From positions 1,080,001-1,112,000 of the forward strand of contig NC_014408.1 of the NCBI RefSeq assembly GCF_000145295.1: a stretch of 32,000 nucleotides of DNA. Reading direction: 5' to 3'. How positions within the stretch are numbered: position 1 is the first letter of the stretch; the number at the start of each line of letters is the position of its first letter. This document shows, piece after piece, positions 8,070-16,942 of the stretch. The position numbers were made by a program, and so were the translations under genes. The notes beneath the pieces are model-generated. The model saw only the letters and a program-made list of their open reading frames with translations. It was not told the origin of the DNA and did no database searches. The stretch is from Methanothermobacter marburgensis str. Marburg. GTDB taxonomy: Archaea; Methanobacteriota; Methanobacteria; Methanobacteriales; Methanothermobacteraceae.

Positions 8070-8546
8070 TCAGATGAGTCTTCTGAATACCACCATGTCC
8101 TCACCGGGACCATTGTAATCTGCCACCGCCTTCACAGGACCAGCATCGACTGTTTCACCCTCCTCCACCGCCCTGAACCCATTTTTAAGGTAAAATCTTA
8201 TCGCCCTCTGGTTCACTGGTTTTGTTATAAGGTATATCACATTAACCCCCTTCCGCCTCACAGTTTCTGTGAAGACCTCAAGAAGCCGGGATGCCACGCC
8301 CCTTCCCCTGAGGTGTGGTGAGACACAGAGAAGATGAATGTATGCCTCATGAGGGTCGTCCTGGGATATGAATCCCAGGAGAAAGCCAGTGATCCTTCCA
8401 TCCTCCTCTGCAACAAAGGAAGTGCTGCTGAAGAACCTTGTGAATATATGGTAGATTGAGTTCCTCTCTGTAACCATGGGGGGACATCTGAATGCCAGTT
8501 CCGCTATAGCAGTGAAATCCTCCTCCCTCACATTCCTTAAGATCAA
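8070..8546 (-). CDS. GNAT family N-acetyltransferase
   Basis: The acetyl-CoA binding motif RGRGVASRLLE is present. I prefer the TTG at 8546 (MILRNVREEDF..., preceded by GGTG with a 6-nt spacer). The longest ORF starts at the GTG at 8555. Confidence 0.8.
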   Translation of the reverse strand: MILRNVREEDFTAIAELAFRCPPMVTERNSIYHIFTRFFSSTSFVAEEDGRITGFLLGFISQDDPHEAYIHLLCVSPHLRGRGVASRLLEVFTETVRRKGVNVIYLITKPVNQRAIRFYLKNGFRAVEEGETVDAGPVKAVADYNGPGEDMVVFRRLI

Positions 8547-8595
8547 GCAAACCACCGGAGATATTAATGAACTGGAGAACTTTTAAGGGGTTAAG

Positions 8596-8603
8596 TTTAA
8601 ATA
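8596..8603. promoter_or_regulatory. Near-palindromic TATA box (TTTAAATA) shared by divergent tRNA-Ala and GNAT genes
   Basis: It is the only strong TATA-like element in the 75-bp divergent spacer. It lies 28 nt from the tRNA 5' end and about 40-50 nt from the GNAT start candidates. Confidence 0.45.
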
Positions 8604-8629
8604 TGAAAAGACTTAATGTATACTGTGTT

Positions 8630-8705
<76 letters not shown>

Positions 8706-8710
8706 CAATT

Positions 8711-9760
8711 CTACTTTTTAGGTCCTGAATCAGCGGCCTCATAGACACTGTCAATTATTATTCTGAAAAGGTCGTCTGTTTTGATTTCCTTCATACCCTT
8801 TCGTGAAACAAGAAGCCTCAGTGCCATGTTGACTATCTCGTCAACATCCGTTGACCTGTACATCAGCCCATTCTCAATGTAGAACCTGTCAACCGAAAGC
8901 GGCTTTCCAGGGTAACATGATATGACAGGTGTGCCCAGTAGGGCGGCCTCCCTGTTCATGGTCCCCCCTGCACCGATTACAAGGTCGCACCTCTTCATGA
9001 GGCTGAATGTGTCAACCGGCGGCTTGATTATGGTGACATTGTCGTATCCCCTGAAGATCTCTTCCTGTTCCCTGAACCGTGGGATGATGAGGATGTTGGC
9101 GTAATCCTTTAGAACCTCCACTATTGGTGTGAGCACAGATTCATGGCAGTCGGCATCCAGGTAGGAGGCCAGCGATGGTTCCGGCCTCATGAGTATTGTC
9201 TTCTCCCTTTCAAGTTTCAGGTTCAGGTCCTCGAAGATGTTCTCATTGTACTCAAAGTTCTGGAAGTGGATTATCTCAGATGTCCCCCTGTACCTTGTTA
9301 TCCTGTTGGGGTCAGCCCCTGTCTTCATTATATCCCAGAGGTCAATGACCTCAGGCATGATTATATGATCACAGAGTGGGAGTGTCAGCTTGTTGGCTGC
9401 AATGGCATGTTCATTGTCCAGTACATAGACACTGGGGATTCCAAGACCAAATGTGACCCTCGGAAGCTCTATTGAATGTTTTGAAAGGCCAACATCAGGT
9501 TTCTCTTCGGCTATAAATTTTGAGAGCTTGTAAGCCCTCTTGGTACTCTCAAGGAGCTTTTCAGCGAGTGTCACACCGTGTTTACCTATCGAGGTGAATT
9601 CAAAGCCAAAGAGGTTCATGAGTCTGTGTATATCCCCGAACTTCCTTGCGGTTATGATCACATCCTCCCCCTCGTCCTGGAGGTGGGTGATGATGTCCCT
9701 GAAAAACCTCACGTGAGGGGCGTTTGTAATGTCAATCCATACCTTCAAGGGGACCACCAT
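8711..9760 (-). CDS. DUF354 family protein (GT-B/epimerase-like fold, function unknown; family name from memory)
   Basis: 349-aa ORF with an N-terminus ..KVWIDITNAPHVRFF typical of the family. The ATG at 9760 lies 6 nt after the hypB stop with no SD. An alternative TTG at 9748 (MKVWIDI...) is preceded by GGTGGT. Confidence 0.6.
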   Translation of the reverse strand: MVVPLKVWIDITNAPHVRFFRDIITHLQDEGEDVIITARKFGDIHRLMNLFGFEFTSIGKHGVTLAEKLLESTKRAYKLSKFIAEEKPDVGLSKHSIELPRVTFGLGIPSVYVLDNEHAIAANKLTLPLCDHIIMPEVIDLWDIMKTGADPNRITRYRGTSEIIHFQNFEYNENIFEDLNLKLEREKTILMRPEPSLASYLDADCHESVLTPIVEVLKDYANILIIPRFREQEEIFRGYDNVTIIKPPVDTFSLMKRCDLVIGAGGTMNREAALLGTPVISCYPGKPLSVDRFYIENGLMYRSTDVDEIVNMALRLLVSRKGMKEIKTDDLFRIIIDSVYEAADSGPKK

Positions 9761-9766
9761 AAAATT

Positions 9767-10420
9767 TTAATCGGCCATGGCATCCTCAATGGCATCAATT
9801 ATCTCCTGGACACCTTCACCTGTTTTTAAACTGGTTTTAAGCACCCTTACATCGGGGTTGATATGTTTAACATCCTCAACCATCTTATCGAGATCTGCAC
9901 CAACGGCATCTGCAAGGTCGGCTTTGTTGATAACCACAAGGTCGGCCTCCCTGAATATGAGGGGGTGCTTCTCCACAGTATCATCGCCCTCTGTGGAGCT
10001 CACAACAACGACCCTCATATGTGATCCAAGGTCAAAGTCCACTGGACATATGAGGTTACCAACGTTTTCAATGAAAAGGATGTCCACCTCCTCAAGTGGG
10101 AGATCCTCAAGTGCGTGTTCAACTAGATGAGCGTCAAGGTGGCATTCCTTACCTGTGTTCAGCCCGACAACTGGCACGCCGTACCTTTCGAACCTCCCGG
10201 CGTCAAATTTACTTATAACATCCCCTGCAATGACCGCAACCTTTCTGTCCATGTTCTCAATGAGCCTCTCTATGAGTGTTGTCTTTCCTGATCCTATTGC
10301 ACCTAAAAAGTCAACTGCAAAGACGTTGGACCTGTCAAGGCGCCTCTGGTTTTTCTTGGCAAGTTTTCTGTTTGCAAGGAGAATATCATTCTGAATTTCA
10401 ACCTCTGCTATCTTATGCAT
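9767..10420 (-). CDS. hypB: Hydrogenase nickel incorporation GTPase HypB
   Basis: P-loop GAIGSGKTT and the ENVGNLICP motif are present. The SD GAGGAGGAAT lies 3 nt upstream of the ATG. Confidence 0.92.
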   Translation of the reverse strand: MHKIAEVEIQNDILLANRKLAKKNQRRLDRSNVFAVDFLGAIGSGKTTLIERLIENMDRKVAVIAGDVISKFDAGRFERYGVPVVGLNTGKECHLDAHLVEHALEDLPLEEVDILFIENVGNLICPVDFDLGSHMRVVVVSSTEGDDTVEKHPLIFREADLVVINKADLADAVGADLDKMVEDVKHINPDVRVLKTSLKTGEGVQEIIDAIEDAMAD

Positions 10421-10432
10421 GGAATTCCTCCT

Positions 10433-10801
10433 CTATTCCCTCTTCTCAATTTTTATGTTCCTGACGTTGCATTCCCTGCCAGCCATCACCTGGAACTCAT
10501 GTCCCCCGCATTCAGGGCAGCTTATGACTGGGGCAAAGTGGTCAAGTTCATCGGCTTCAACCACGCCCTCATACCCACATTTGCATTCTATTTCAACCGG
10601 GACAACCTCAAGGTTAAAATCTGCCCCTTCAAGTATTGTGCCCTCGCTGAGGACCTCCAGCATGAATCTGATCTGTTCAGGGTTAAGTAGAGTGAGCTGA
10701 CCGATCTCAATTGTGACCTCCAGGACCTCCACTGCATCGTTCTTCTCTGCAGCATCGATGACTGTCCTTACAATTGCATCGGCCATGGATAGTTCATGCA
10801 A
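10433..10801 (-). CDS. hypA: Hydrogenase nickel insertion protein HypA
   Basis: Zn-site motifs CKCG...CPECG are present. I place the start at the TTG at 10801, which gives the N-terminus MHELSMA (canonical HypA MHE nickel site) with SD GAGGTGA 5 nt upstream. The longest ORF starts at the GTG at 10810. Confidence 0.88.
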   Translation of the reverse strand: MHELSMADAIVRTVIDAAEKNDAVEVLEVTIEIGQLTLLNPEQIRFMLEVLSEGTILEGADFNLEVVPVEIECKCGYEGVVEADELDHFAPVISCPECGGHEFQVMAGRECNVRNIKIEKRE

Positions 10802-10891
10802 CCATTTCACCTCTCTGGTCTGACAAAATTTTATAATTAGAATTAATAGAGTTATCTATATAAAAATTGTTAATCATGCAGGTGATTTTTC

Positions 10892-11746
10892 ATGATAATA
10901 GGTTGTTCAGCATCACAGAAACTGGCTGCAAGCGTTGCAGATTTGCTTGATGATAGGCTTTGCCCGGTTGAAACCCGTAAATTCCCTGATGGGGAGCGTT
11001 ACATCCGTGTTAAGGGCGAGGTTGATGGTGAGGTCACCGTTGTCCAGTCGACAGGTTACCCCCAGGATGAGAACCTCATGGAACTCCTCTTCATGATGGA
11101 GAACCTTAAGGATCTTGGGGCGGATTATGTACGGGCTGTGATACCCTACTTCGGTTACGGGAGGCAGGAGCGGCGATTCAAGAGTGGAGAGGCTGTGTCA
11201 GCCAGGATAGTTGCCCGCCTCCTTGAGGCCGCTGGTGCAGATGAGATCATAACCGTGAACCTCCATGAGAACTGCCTCAGCGAATTCTTCACCGTACCTG
11301 TAACTGAACTCTCTGCCATGCCCCTCATAGCCAGGCACATCTCATTCCTGGATGACCCTGTGATCATCGCACCCGATAAGGGTGCCATGGGCCATGCCAG
11401 GGAGGTCAGCAGCATACTTGGATGTGAATGCGATTACATGGAGAAGGTGAGGCTTTCCCCTGAAACCGTTGAGACCAGGGTTAGGGACCTGGATGTTGAG
11501 GGGATGGACGCGGTGGTGGTGGATGACATCATAAGTACCGGGGGTACGATTGTGAACGCCGCGGGAATTTTAAGAAACTGCGGGGCCTCAAGCATAACCG
11601 TCTGCTGTGTCCACCCTGTCCTTGTGGAGGACGCCCTGCTCAAGATATTCTCTGCAGGTGTTGAGCGGGTGATTGCAACGGACACCCTGAAATCAGAGGT
11701 GAGTGAGATCTCGGTGGCCCCCCTGATTGCAGAGGCCATAAAATAA
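10892..11746 (+). CDS. prs: Ribose-phosphate pyrophosphokinase
   Basis: 284-aa ORF with the PRPP-binding loop VVVDDIISTGGT. The SD GGTGAT lies 5 nt upstream of the ATG. Confidence 0.9.
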   Translation: MIIGCSASQKLAASVADLLDDRLCPVETRKFPDGERYIRVKGEVDGEVTVVQSTGYPQDENLMELLFMMENLKDLGADYVRAVIPYFGYGRQERRFKSGEAVSARIVARLLEAAGADEIITVNLHENCLSEFFTVPVTELSAMPLIARHISFLDDPVIIAPDKGAMGHAREVSSILGCECDYMEKVRLSPETVETRVRDLDVEGMDAVVVDDIISTGGTIVNAAGILRNCGASSITVCCVHPVLVEDALLKIFSAGVERVIATDTLKSEVSEISVAPLIAEAIK

Positions 11747-11758
11747 TTTTTTTATTTT
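11747..11758 (+). terminator. Oligo-T terminator of prs
   Basis: TTTTTTTATTTT lies immediately after the TAA stop. Confidence 0.6.
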
Positions 11759-11860
11759 GACATTAAAACGTGGACCCTCTACTAAAGAGTAAAAAACAAT
11801 AATCTACTGCAAAGACCCTTTAAAAGTCAAAAAATGGGAAATAAGTCCAGCTCATCTAAA

Positions 11861-13795
11861 TCAGTGCATGGCTGGCTTCTTCATGATTGAGGGTACTATA
11901 TCACTTATTTTCTGCATCCTCTCAAGGAGGCTCTCCTTGCCCTTACCAATGAGGGCGTGTTCCAGGACATCACCGAGGGTCTCAACGGGTATTATCTTAA
12001 CCTTATCCTCATACCTCTTCTCAATCATGACGTCCCCCATGTTGGAGGCTGGTATGAGTACCTTCTTTATCCCTGCCTCTGCAGCCGCCTCTATTTTCCC
12101 TGTAACCCCACCCACAGGGAGCACATCTCCACGTATGCTCAGTGAGCCTGTTAGGGCGACTGACTGGTCCACGGGTATCTCCTCGAGGGCTGATATCACG
12201 GCTGTTGCCACTGAAACGCTTGCACTGTCACCCTCCACACCATCATATGCCTGGAGGAACTGGATGTGTATGTCGTAATTTGATATGTCTGTACCTGTGT
12301 ATTTCTTGATGAGGGCACTTACGTTCTGAACAGCTTCACGGGCAATCTCACCCAGTTTACCTGTGGCGATTATCCTCCCCTCCTCCTTGCTCTGGGCGGG
12401 GGCTGCCTCTGCAGCTATCGGGAGGATGATGCCGCTTCTGTCACCGATTATTGCAAGTCCATTGACACGTCCGACCTCCCCACCCTCTGATTTGAAGACA
12501 CTGTACTTCTTCTTCTGTACAATGTATCGGTCCGCGATCTGCTGTTCGAGTGTCCTTGAAAGTTTCTTTGCCTCCATCACATCCCTTGTCTCAACCAGTT
12601 CCGCGCCACGGCTCTTGGCAATGTCCCCTGCAGCCCTCACAAGACCCCCGAGTTCACGGAGTTTGAGTGTGAGTGAATCCTTCTTACCGGCCCTCCTCTG
12701 GGCCTCCCTTATTATCTCCTCTATGGCCTCCCTGCTGAAGTGGGGGATCCTTCCATCCTTTTCAACTTCCTGTGCAACGAACTGGACAAGTTTGTCCCTG
12801 TTTTCAGGTGTATCAGGCATTGTGTCCTTCATGAAAACCTCGTAACCGTATCCCCTAATCCTTGAACGGAGGGCAGGGTGCATGCCCTCAAGCACCTGAA
12901 GGTTACCTGACGCCACGAGAACAAAGTCACAGGGGACGGCCTGTGAGCGCACCATTGCACCGCTGCTTGTCTCGCTCTGACCCGTGATGGAGTATTTCTT
13001 CTCCTGCATGGCTGTGAGGAGTTCCTGCTGGGTCTTCATCTTCATTGTCCCTATCTCGTCTATGTAGAGGACCCCCTTGTTGGCCCTGTGTATCATCCCG
13101 GCCTCGACCCTCTCATGTGCCGGTGTGCCAAGGCCTCCTGACTGGTAGGGGTCGTGCCTCACATCCCCAAGGAGCGCACCTGCATGGGCACCGGTTGCAT
13201 CCACGAATGGGGCAACCTGCCTTCCCTCGTTGTTGACCAAGAGCTTGGGCACCATGACGGTGGTCCTTGGCCTGAACTGCTGGAGGGCCAGGAAGACTAT
13301 ACCCGCCGCTATTATGGCTGCAAGGAACTGGTTAACCATGAAGCCGAGGACAAGGATGAATGATATTATGAGCATCATGAAGAGGTTCTTCTTCTCATCC
13401 TGTGCCCTTGCCCTGTTCTTGTGGTTCATGACGATTTTCCTGCCCTCCCCAGCGGGTACAGTACCTATGAGGGGGTTGTTTGGGTCATCTATGTTGGGGT
13501 AAACCAGTATGTCCTGGAGTTTCTCCCGGGGCAGGAGTTCCGCCATTGCCTTGGCCAGCATTGATTTGCCGACCCCGGGTTCACCTATTAATAATACGTT
13601 ACGCCTCTGTTCTGCAGCCTTTTTTATGGTCTCAACTGCCTCTTCCTGACCTATGATCTGATCTATGAGTCTTTCAGGGACATCTATGTCCTTTGAGGTT
13701 TCATATGAAAGGCTTCTCCCTGATTCCTTCTTATCGTCAGTACCTTCATATGAAACAGATCCTTCAGTTCTGAAGTTTTTAATGGTGGTTTTCAT
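11861..13795 (-). CDS. lonB: Archaeal membrane-bound ATP-dependent protease LonB
   Basis: Walker A GEPGVGKS is present. Two hydrophobic helices are inserted in the AAA+ module (LFMMLIISFILVLGF...IIAAGIVFLAL). The C-terminal Lon protease domain carries GDSASVS. Confidence 0.92.
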   Translation of the reverse strand: MKTTIKNFRTEGSVSYEGTDDKKESGRSLSYETSKDIDVPERLIDQIIGQEEAVETIKKAAEQRRNVLLIGEPGVGKSMLAKAMAELLPREKLQDILVYPNIDDPNNPLIGTVPAGEGRKIVMNHKNRARAQDEKKNLFMMLIISFILVLGFMVNQFLAAIIAAGIVFLALQQFRPRTTVMVPKLLVNNEGRQVAPFVDATGAHAGALLGDVRHDPYQSGGLGTPAHERVEAGMIHRANKGVLYIDEIGTMKMKTQQELLTAMQEKKYSITGQSETSSGAMVRSQAVPCDFVLVASGNLQVLEGMHPALRSRIRGYGYEVFMKDTMPDTPENRDKLVQFVAQEVEKDGRIPHFSREAIEEIIREAQRRAGKKDSLTLKLRELGGLVRAAGDIAKSRGAELVETRDVMEAKKLSRTLEQQIADRYIVQKKKYSVFKSEGGEVGRVNGLAIIGDRSGIILPIAAEAAPAQSKEEGRIIATGKLGEIAREAVQNVSALIKKYTGTDISNYDIHIQFLQAYDGVEGDSASVSVATAVISALEEIPVDQSVALTGSLSIRGDVLPVGGVTGKIEAAAEAGIKKVLIPASNMGDVMIEKRYEDKVKIIPVETLGDVLEHALIGKGKESLLERMQKISDIVPSIMKKPAMH

Positions 13796-13934
13796 TTCTA
13801 TTCAAATGCCTCCATTAAGTAAAGTGGTTAAAATAAAATCACAGTTTATGGTTATCCCTTCTGCCTAAAATATTTTACTTACAAATTTTTATTTTAATAT
13901 ATGGTGATGTCACTTATAAAGGTATCTCCAGGGG

Positions 13935-15176
13935 TCAGCGGTTTATCTCGGATATGAGGGCAAGGGCATTCTGGATAAATTTCTCAACGATTTTACGGTA
14001 CTTCTCCTCACTCTCTCTGAGGGCCTCCTGTGTCCTCTTCATCTCAGTTATATCCCTTGCAATGGTGGATACCCCTATAATCTCGCCATTAACGTCCTTG
14101 AGTGGTGAGAGTGAAATGGAAAGCCATATCTCCTCCCCATCCTTCCTGAACCTTCTGGCCTCAAAGTTTGAAACAAGTTTACCGGATCTCACCTCAGATA
14201 TGAGGCCCCTGAGCCTTTCAAATTCCTCCTCATCCATGAGAATAGAGACGTTCTGTCCCCTGATCTCATCTGCACTGTAACCGTATATCCTCTCAGCACC
14301 CCTGTTCCAGTCAATTATGTTCCCTTCAAGGTCATAGCTTACGATTCCATCCCCCGAGGACTCCACGATGGACGCCAGCCTTTCGAGTTCGCGCTGGAAC
14401 TTCAACCTCTCTGTCACATCCCTGAAGATTGCCCGGCTGTACTCAACCTCACCATCCCTTATGCGGACATTGACGTTTCCCTCCACAAAGATCTTCTTAC
14501 CATCCTTTGTTATGAATGCGGTTTCAACGAGGGGGATGCTCTCCCCGCTCATTACACGGCTGAAGATCTCACGGCACTCATCCAGCTTGTCGGGGTGTAT
14601 CACATCAAATATTGTGAGATTCTCAATGTCGTCCTCAGTGTAACCCAGGGTCTCCATCCAGGCCCTGTTCACATATACGAATCTGCCATCAGGGTCAACC
14701 GCCTGTATCATGTCATTGGCGTTCTCAAAGAGGTCCCTGAACTGCTCCTCCCTTCTGTGAACCTCATCCTCCATTCTCCGCCTCTCTGAGATATCCCTGA
14801 TTATTGAGGTCAGGAAAAGGCCCCCTGATGTCCGTGCAGGGTTCAGGCTCATTTCAACAGGAAACTCAGTCCCATCTGATCGGAGGGATGTGGTTTCAAA
14901 AACCCTCCCTGCGAGTTCGTGCTCCCCCTCCATCCGGTATTCTCTCATCTTGGCCTTTAGGTCATCCCGGAGGGATTCCGGGACAAGTAAATCAACCCTT
15001 TTACCCTCAAGGGATGTGTATCCAAACATCCTATCTGCAGCAGGGTTTGAGAATACGATAATGCCCTCAGAGTTAACTGTAATCACCCCATCGGGGCTGT
15101 TATGTATAACTGTCTCAAATACTGATTTAAGGTCCTCATCAGACAGTAAAGGGCTTTCAGGAGAAACACCGGACAT
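13935..15176 (-). CDS. Triple-PAS domain sensor protein without recognisable output domain
   Basis: Three PAS-like modules are recognisable by eye, each ending in an ...RDI(S/T)E(R/M)-type boundary. No HisKA/HATPase or HTH follows. I prefer the ATG at 15176 (GGAGAT SD-like, 6-nt spacer), because the longest-ORF TTG at 15212 lies inside the likely TATA region. Confidence 0.75.
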   Translation of the reverse strand: MSGVSPESPLLSDEDLKSVFETVIHNSPDGVITVNSEGIIVFSNPAADRMFGYTSLEGKRVDLLVPESLRDDLKAKMREYRMEGEHELAGRVFETTSLRSDGTEFPVEMSLNPARTSGGLFLTSIIRDISERRRMEDEVHRREEQFRDLFENANDMIQAVDPDGRFVYVNRAWMETLGYTEDDIENLTIFDVIHPDKLDECREIFSRVMSGESIPLVETAFITKDGKKIFVEGNVNVRIRDGEVEYSRAIFRDVTERLKFQRELERLASIVESSGDGIVSYDLEGNIIDWNRGAERIYGYSADEIRGQNVSILMDEEEFERLRGLISEVRSGKLVSNFEARRFRKDGEEIWLSISLSPLKDVNGEIIGVSTIARDITEMKRTQEALRESEEKYRKIVEKFIQNALALISEINR

Positions 15177-15247
15177 CCAACCATCTCCACATAATAAATC
15201 AAATAGACTCAAATAATATTTATGCCGGCAAGGTATTTAAGATTTTA

Positions 15248-15271
15248 GTGATCAATAGATCTTAGGATCAC
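15248..15271 (+). promoter_or_regulatory. Inverted repeat GTGATC-N12-GATCAC in the cobQ leader/promoter region
   Basis: GTGATC (15248-15253) and GATCAC (15266-15271) flank an internal AGATCT palindrome. The repeat lies between the TATTTAAG TATA-like box and the SD GGTGA of cobQ. Confidence 0.35.
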
Positions 15272-15294
15272 AGCAGCCCAGAAGTGGTGAAGAA

Positions 15295-16812
15295 ATGAGT
15301 TCAAAATGTATAATGGTGCAGGGGACATCATCAAGTGCCGGTAAGAGTGTCCTTGTGGCTGCACTCTGCCGCATATTCTCAAAGAGGGGCTACCGGGTTG
15401 CCCCCTTCAAATCCCAGAACATGTCACTGAATTCCTTCACAACCCATGAGAACAGGGAGATAGCGGTGGCCCAGGTCCTCCAGGCAGAGGCTGCAGGCAT
15501 CAGGCCATCATATCACATGAACCCCATACTCCTCAAACCCAAGGAGGACTTCACATCCCAGGTCATAGTCCACGGCAGACCCGCCGGGAACATGAACTTC
15601 CAGGAGTACCAGACAGGGTTCCGGGAAACCGCCCTTAAGGCCATAAGGGAGTCCCTTGATTACCTTAAGGAGCGATATGATATCATCGTGATTGAGGGGG
15701 CCGGATCCCCTGCCGAAATAAACATGAGGGACCGCGACCTTGCCAATATGGAAATAGCCCACCTTGCAGACGCCGATGTTATACTTGTTGCTGATATAGA
15801 CCGTGGGGGAGTTTTCGCCTCAATTGCAGGCACCCTGATGCTTCTCGATAAGCGTGACAGGTCCCGGATAAAGGGTGTTGTCATAAACAAGTTCAGGGGA
15901 AACCTTGAAATCCTCATGCCCGGTATAGAAAGGATTGAGGAAATAACAGGGGTGCCTGTGCTTGGTGTGCTCCCCTACGACGAGAGTCTGAAGCTTCCTG
16001 AGGAGGATTCAGCCTCGCTCGCAGAGCGGAAGTACCGTGGAAGGGGTGATGTGAAGATCGGTGTCATGAGGCTTCCCCGAATATCCAACTTCACAGACAT
16101 AGACCCCCTTGAGTACGAGGAGGACGTTGCCGTGAGGCTCATAGAGGCCGGTGACAGCCTCGAGGGCCTTGACGCCATCATAATCCCTGGAACCAGGAAC
16201 ACCATAAGCGACCTCATGTATCTGAGGGATAATGGCTTTGCCGATGAGATCAGGGATCTGAGCCGTGAGATACCAGTATTCGGTATATGCGGTGGTTTTC
16301 AGATGCTTGGGAGGAGTATCATTGATGAGGGGCTTCAGGAGTCAAAGCTGGGAAGCGTGGATGGCCTCAACCTCCTTGACTGCAAAACCACATTCACAGG
16401 TGATGGTAAGATAATATCCCGGAGTGAAGGGGAGATAACCGGTGCCGGCCTGTTCTCAGGTATTGCAGGGGAAACCGTGGAGGGCTATGAGCTCCATGAG
16501 GGAACCACAGTCCTGGGTTATGTTAAACCACTCATGAAGGTGAAGAGGGGCTTTGGTAACACATACACCATGGGATTCGATGGTGCCGCCGATGGGAACG
16601 TGGCGGGTACCTACTTCCACGGCATATTCCACAACTTCAGATTCAGGAGGTACTTCACCAACCTTCTGAGGGAGAGGAAGGGTCTTGAAAAGCTTGACTA
16701 TGTGGACGACCACTTCGATGCCTCAAGGAGGTTCTCAATTGACCGCCTGGCGGAGATAGTCGAGGAGAACATGGACCTATCCATCATTGAGGACATCATA
16801 GAAGGGGATTAG
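15295..16812 (+). CDS. cobQ: Cobyric acid synthase
   Basis: 505-aa ORF. The N-terminal MVQGTSSSAGKSVLVAALCR ATP-binding region and the C-terminal glutamine amidotransferase domain (GICGGFQMLG) are both present. Confidence 0.92.
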   Translation: MSSKCIMVQGTSSSAGKSVLVAALCRIFSKRGYRVAPFKSQNMSLNSFTTHENREIAVAQVLQAEAAGIRPSYHMNPILLKPKEDFTSQVIVHGRPAGNMNFQEYQTGFRETALKAIRESLDYLKERYDIIVIEGAGSPAEINMRDRDLANMEIAHLADADVILVADIDRGGVFASIAGTLMLLDKRDRSRIKGVVINKFRGNLEILMPGIERIEEITGVPVLGVLPYDESLKLPEEDSASLAERKYRGRGDVKIGVMRLPRISNFTDIDPLEYEEDVAVRLIEAGDSLEGLDAIIIPGTRNTISDLMYLRDNGFADEIRDLSREIPVFGICGGFQMLGRSIIDEGLQESKLGSVDGLNLLDCKTTFTGDGKIISRSEGEITGAGLFSGIAGETVEGYELHEGTTVLGYVKPLMKVKRGFGNTYTMGFDGAADGNVAGTYFHGIFHNFRFRRYFTNLLRERKGLEKLDYVDDHFDASRRFSIDRLAEIVEENMDLSIIEDIIEGD

Positions 16813-16849
16813 AAGAAAAAGGACCCTGATGCATATCCTCCACAAATCC

Positions 16850-16857
16850 TTTTTTTT
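16850..16857 (+). terminator. T8 terminator downstream of cobQ
   Basis: CCTTTTTTTTCTT lies 38 nt after the stop. Confidence 0.55.
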
Positions 16858-16901
16858 CTTAAAACCTATCCAAAAATTAAGGAATTATTCTTAAAAAAAT
16901 T

Positions 16902-16915
16902 AAAAAAGCTTTTTT
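16902..16915. terminator. Perfect palindrome AAAAAAGCTTTTTT between convergent genes (bidirectional oligo-T signal)
   Basis: The 14-nt palindrome presents a T6-T7 run on both strands. An additional A7 run at 16893-16899 is T7 on the minus strand, downstream of the transporter stop. Confidence 0.45.
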
Positions 16916-16942
16916 TATTGGACAGAGTCCAAATCGTTGATT

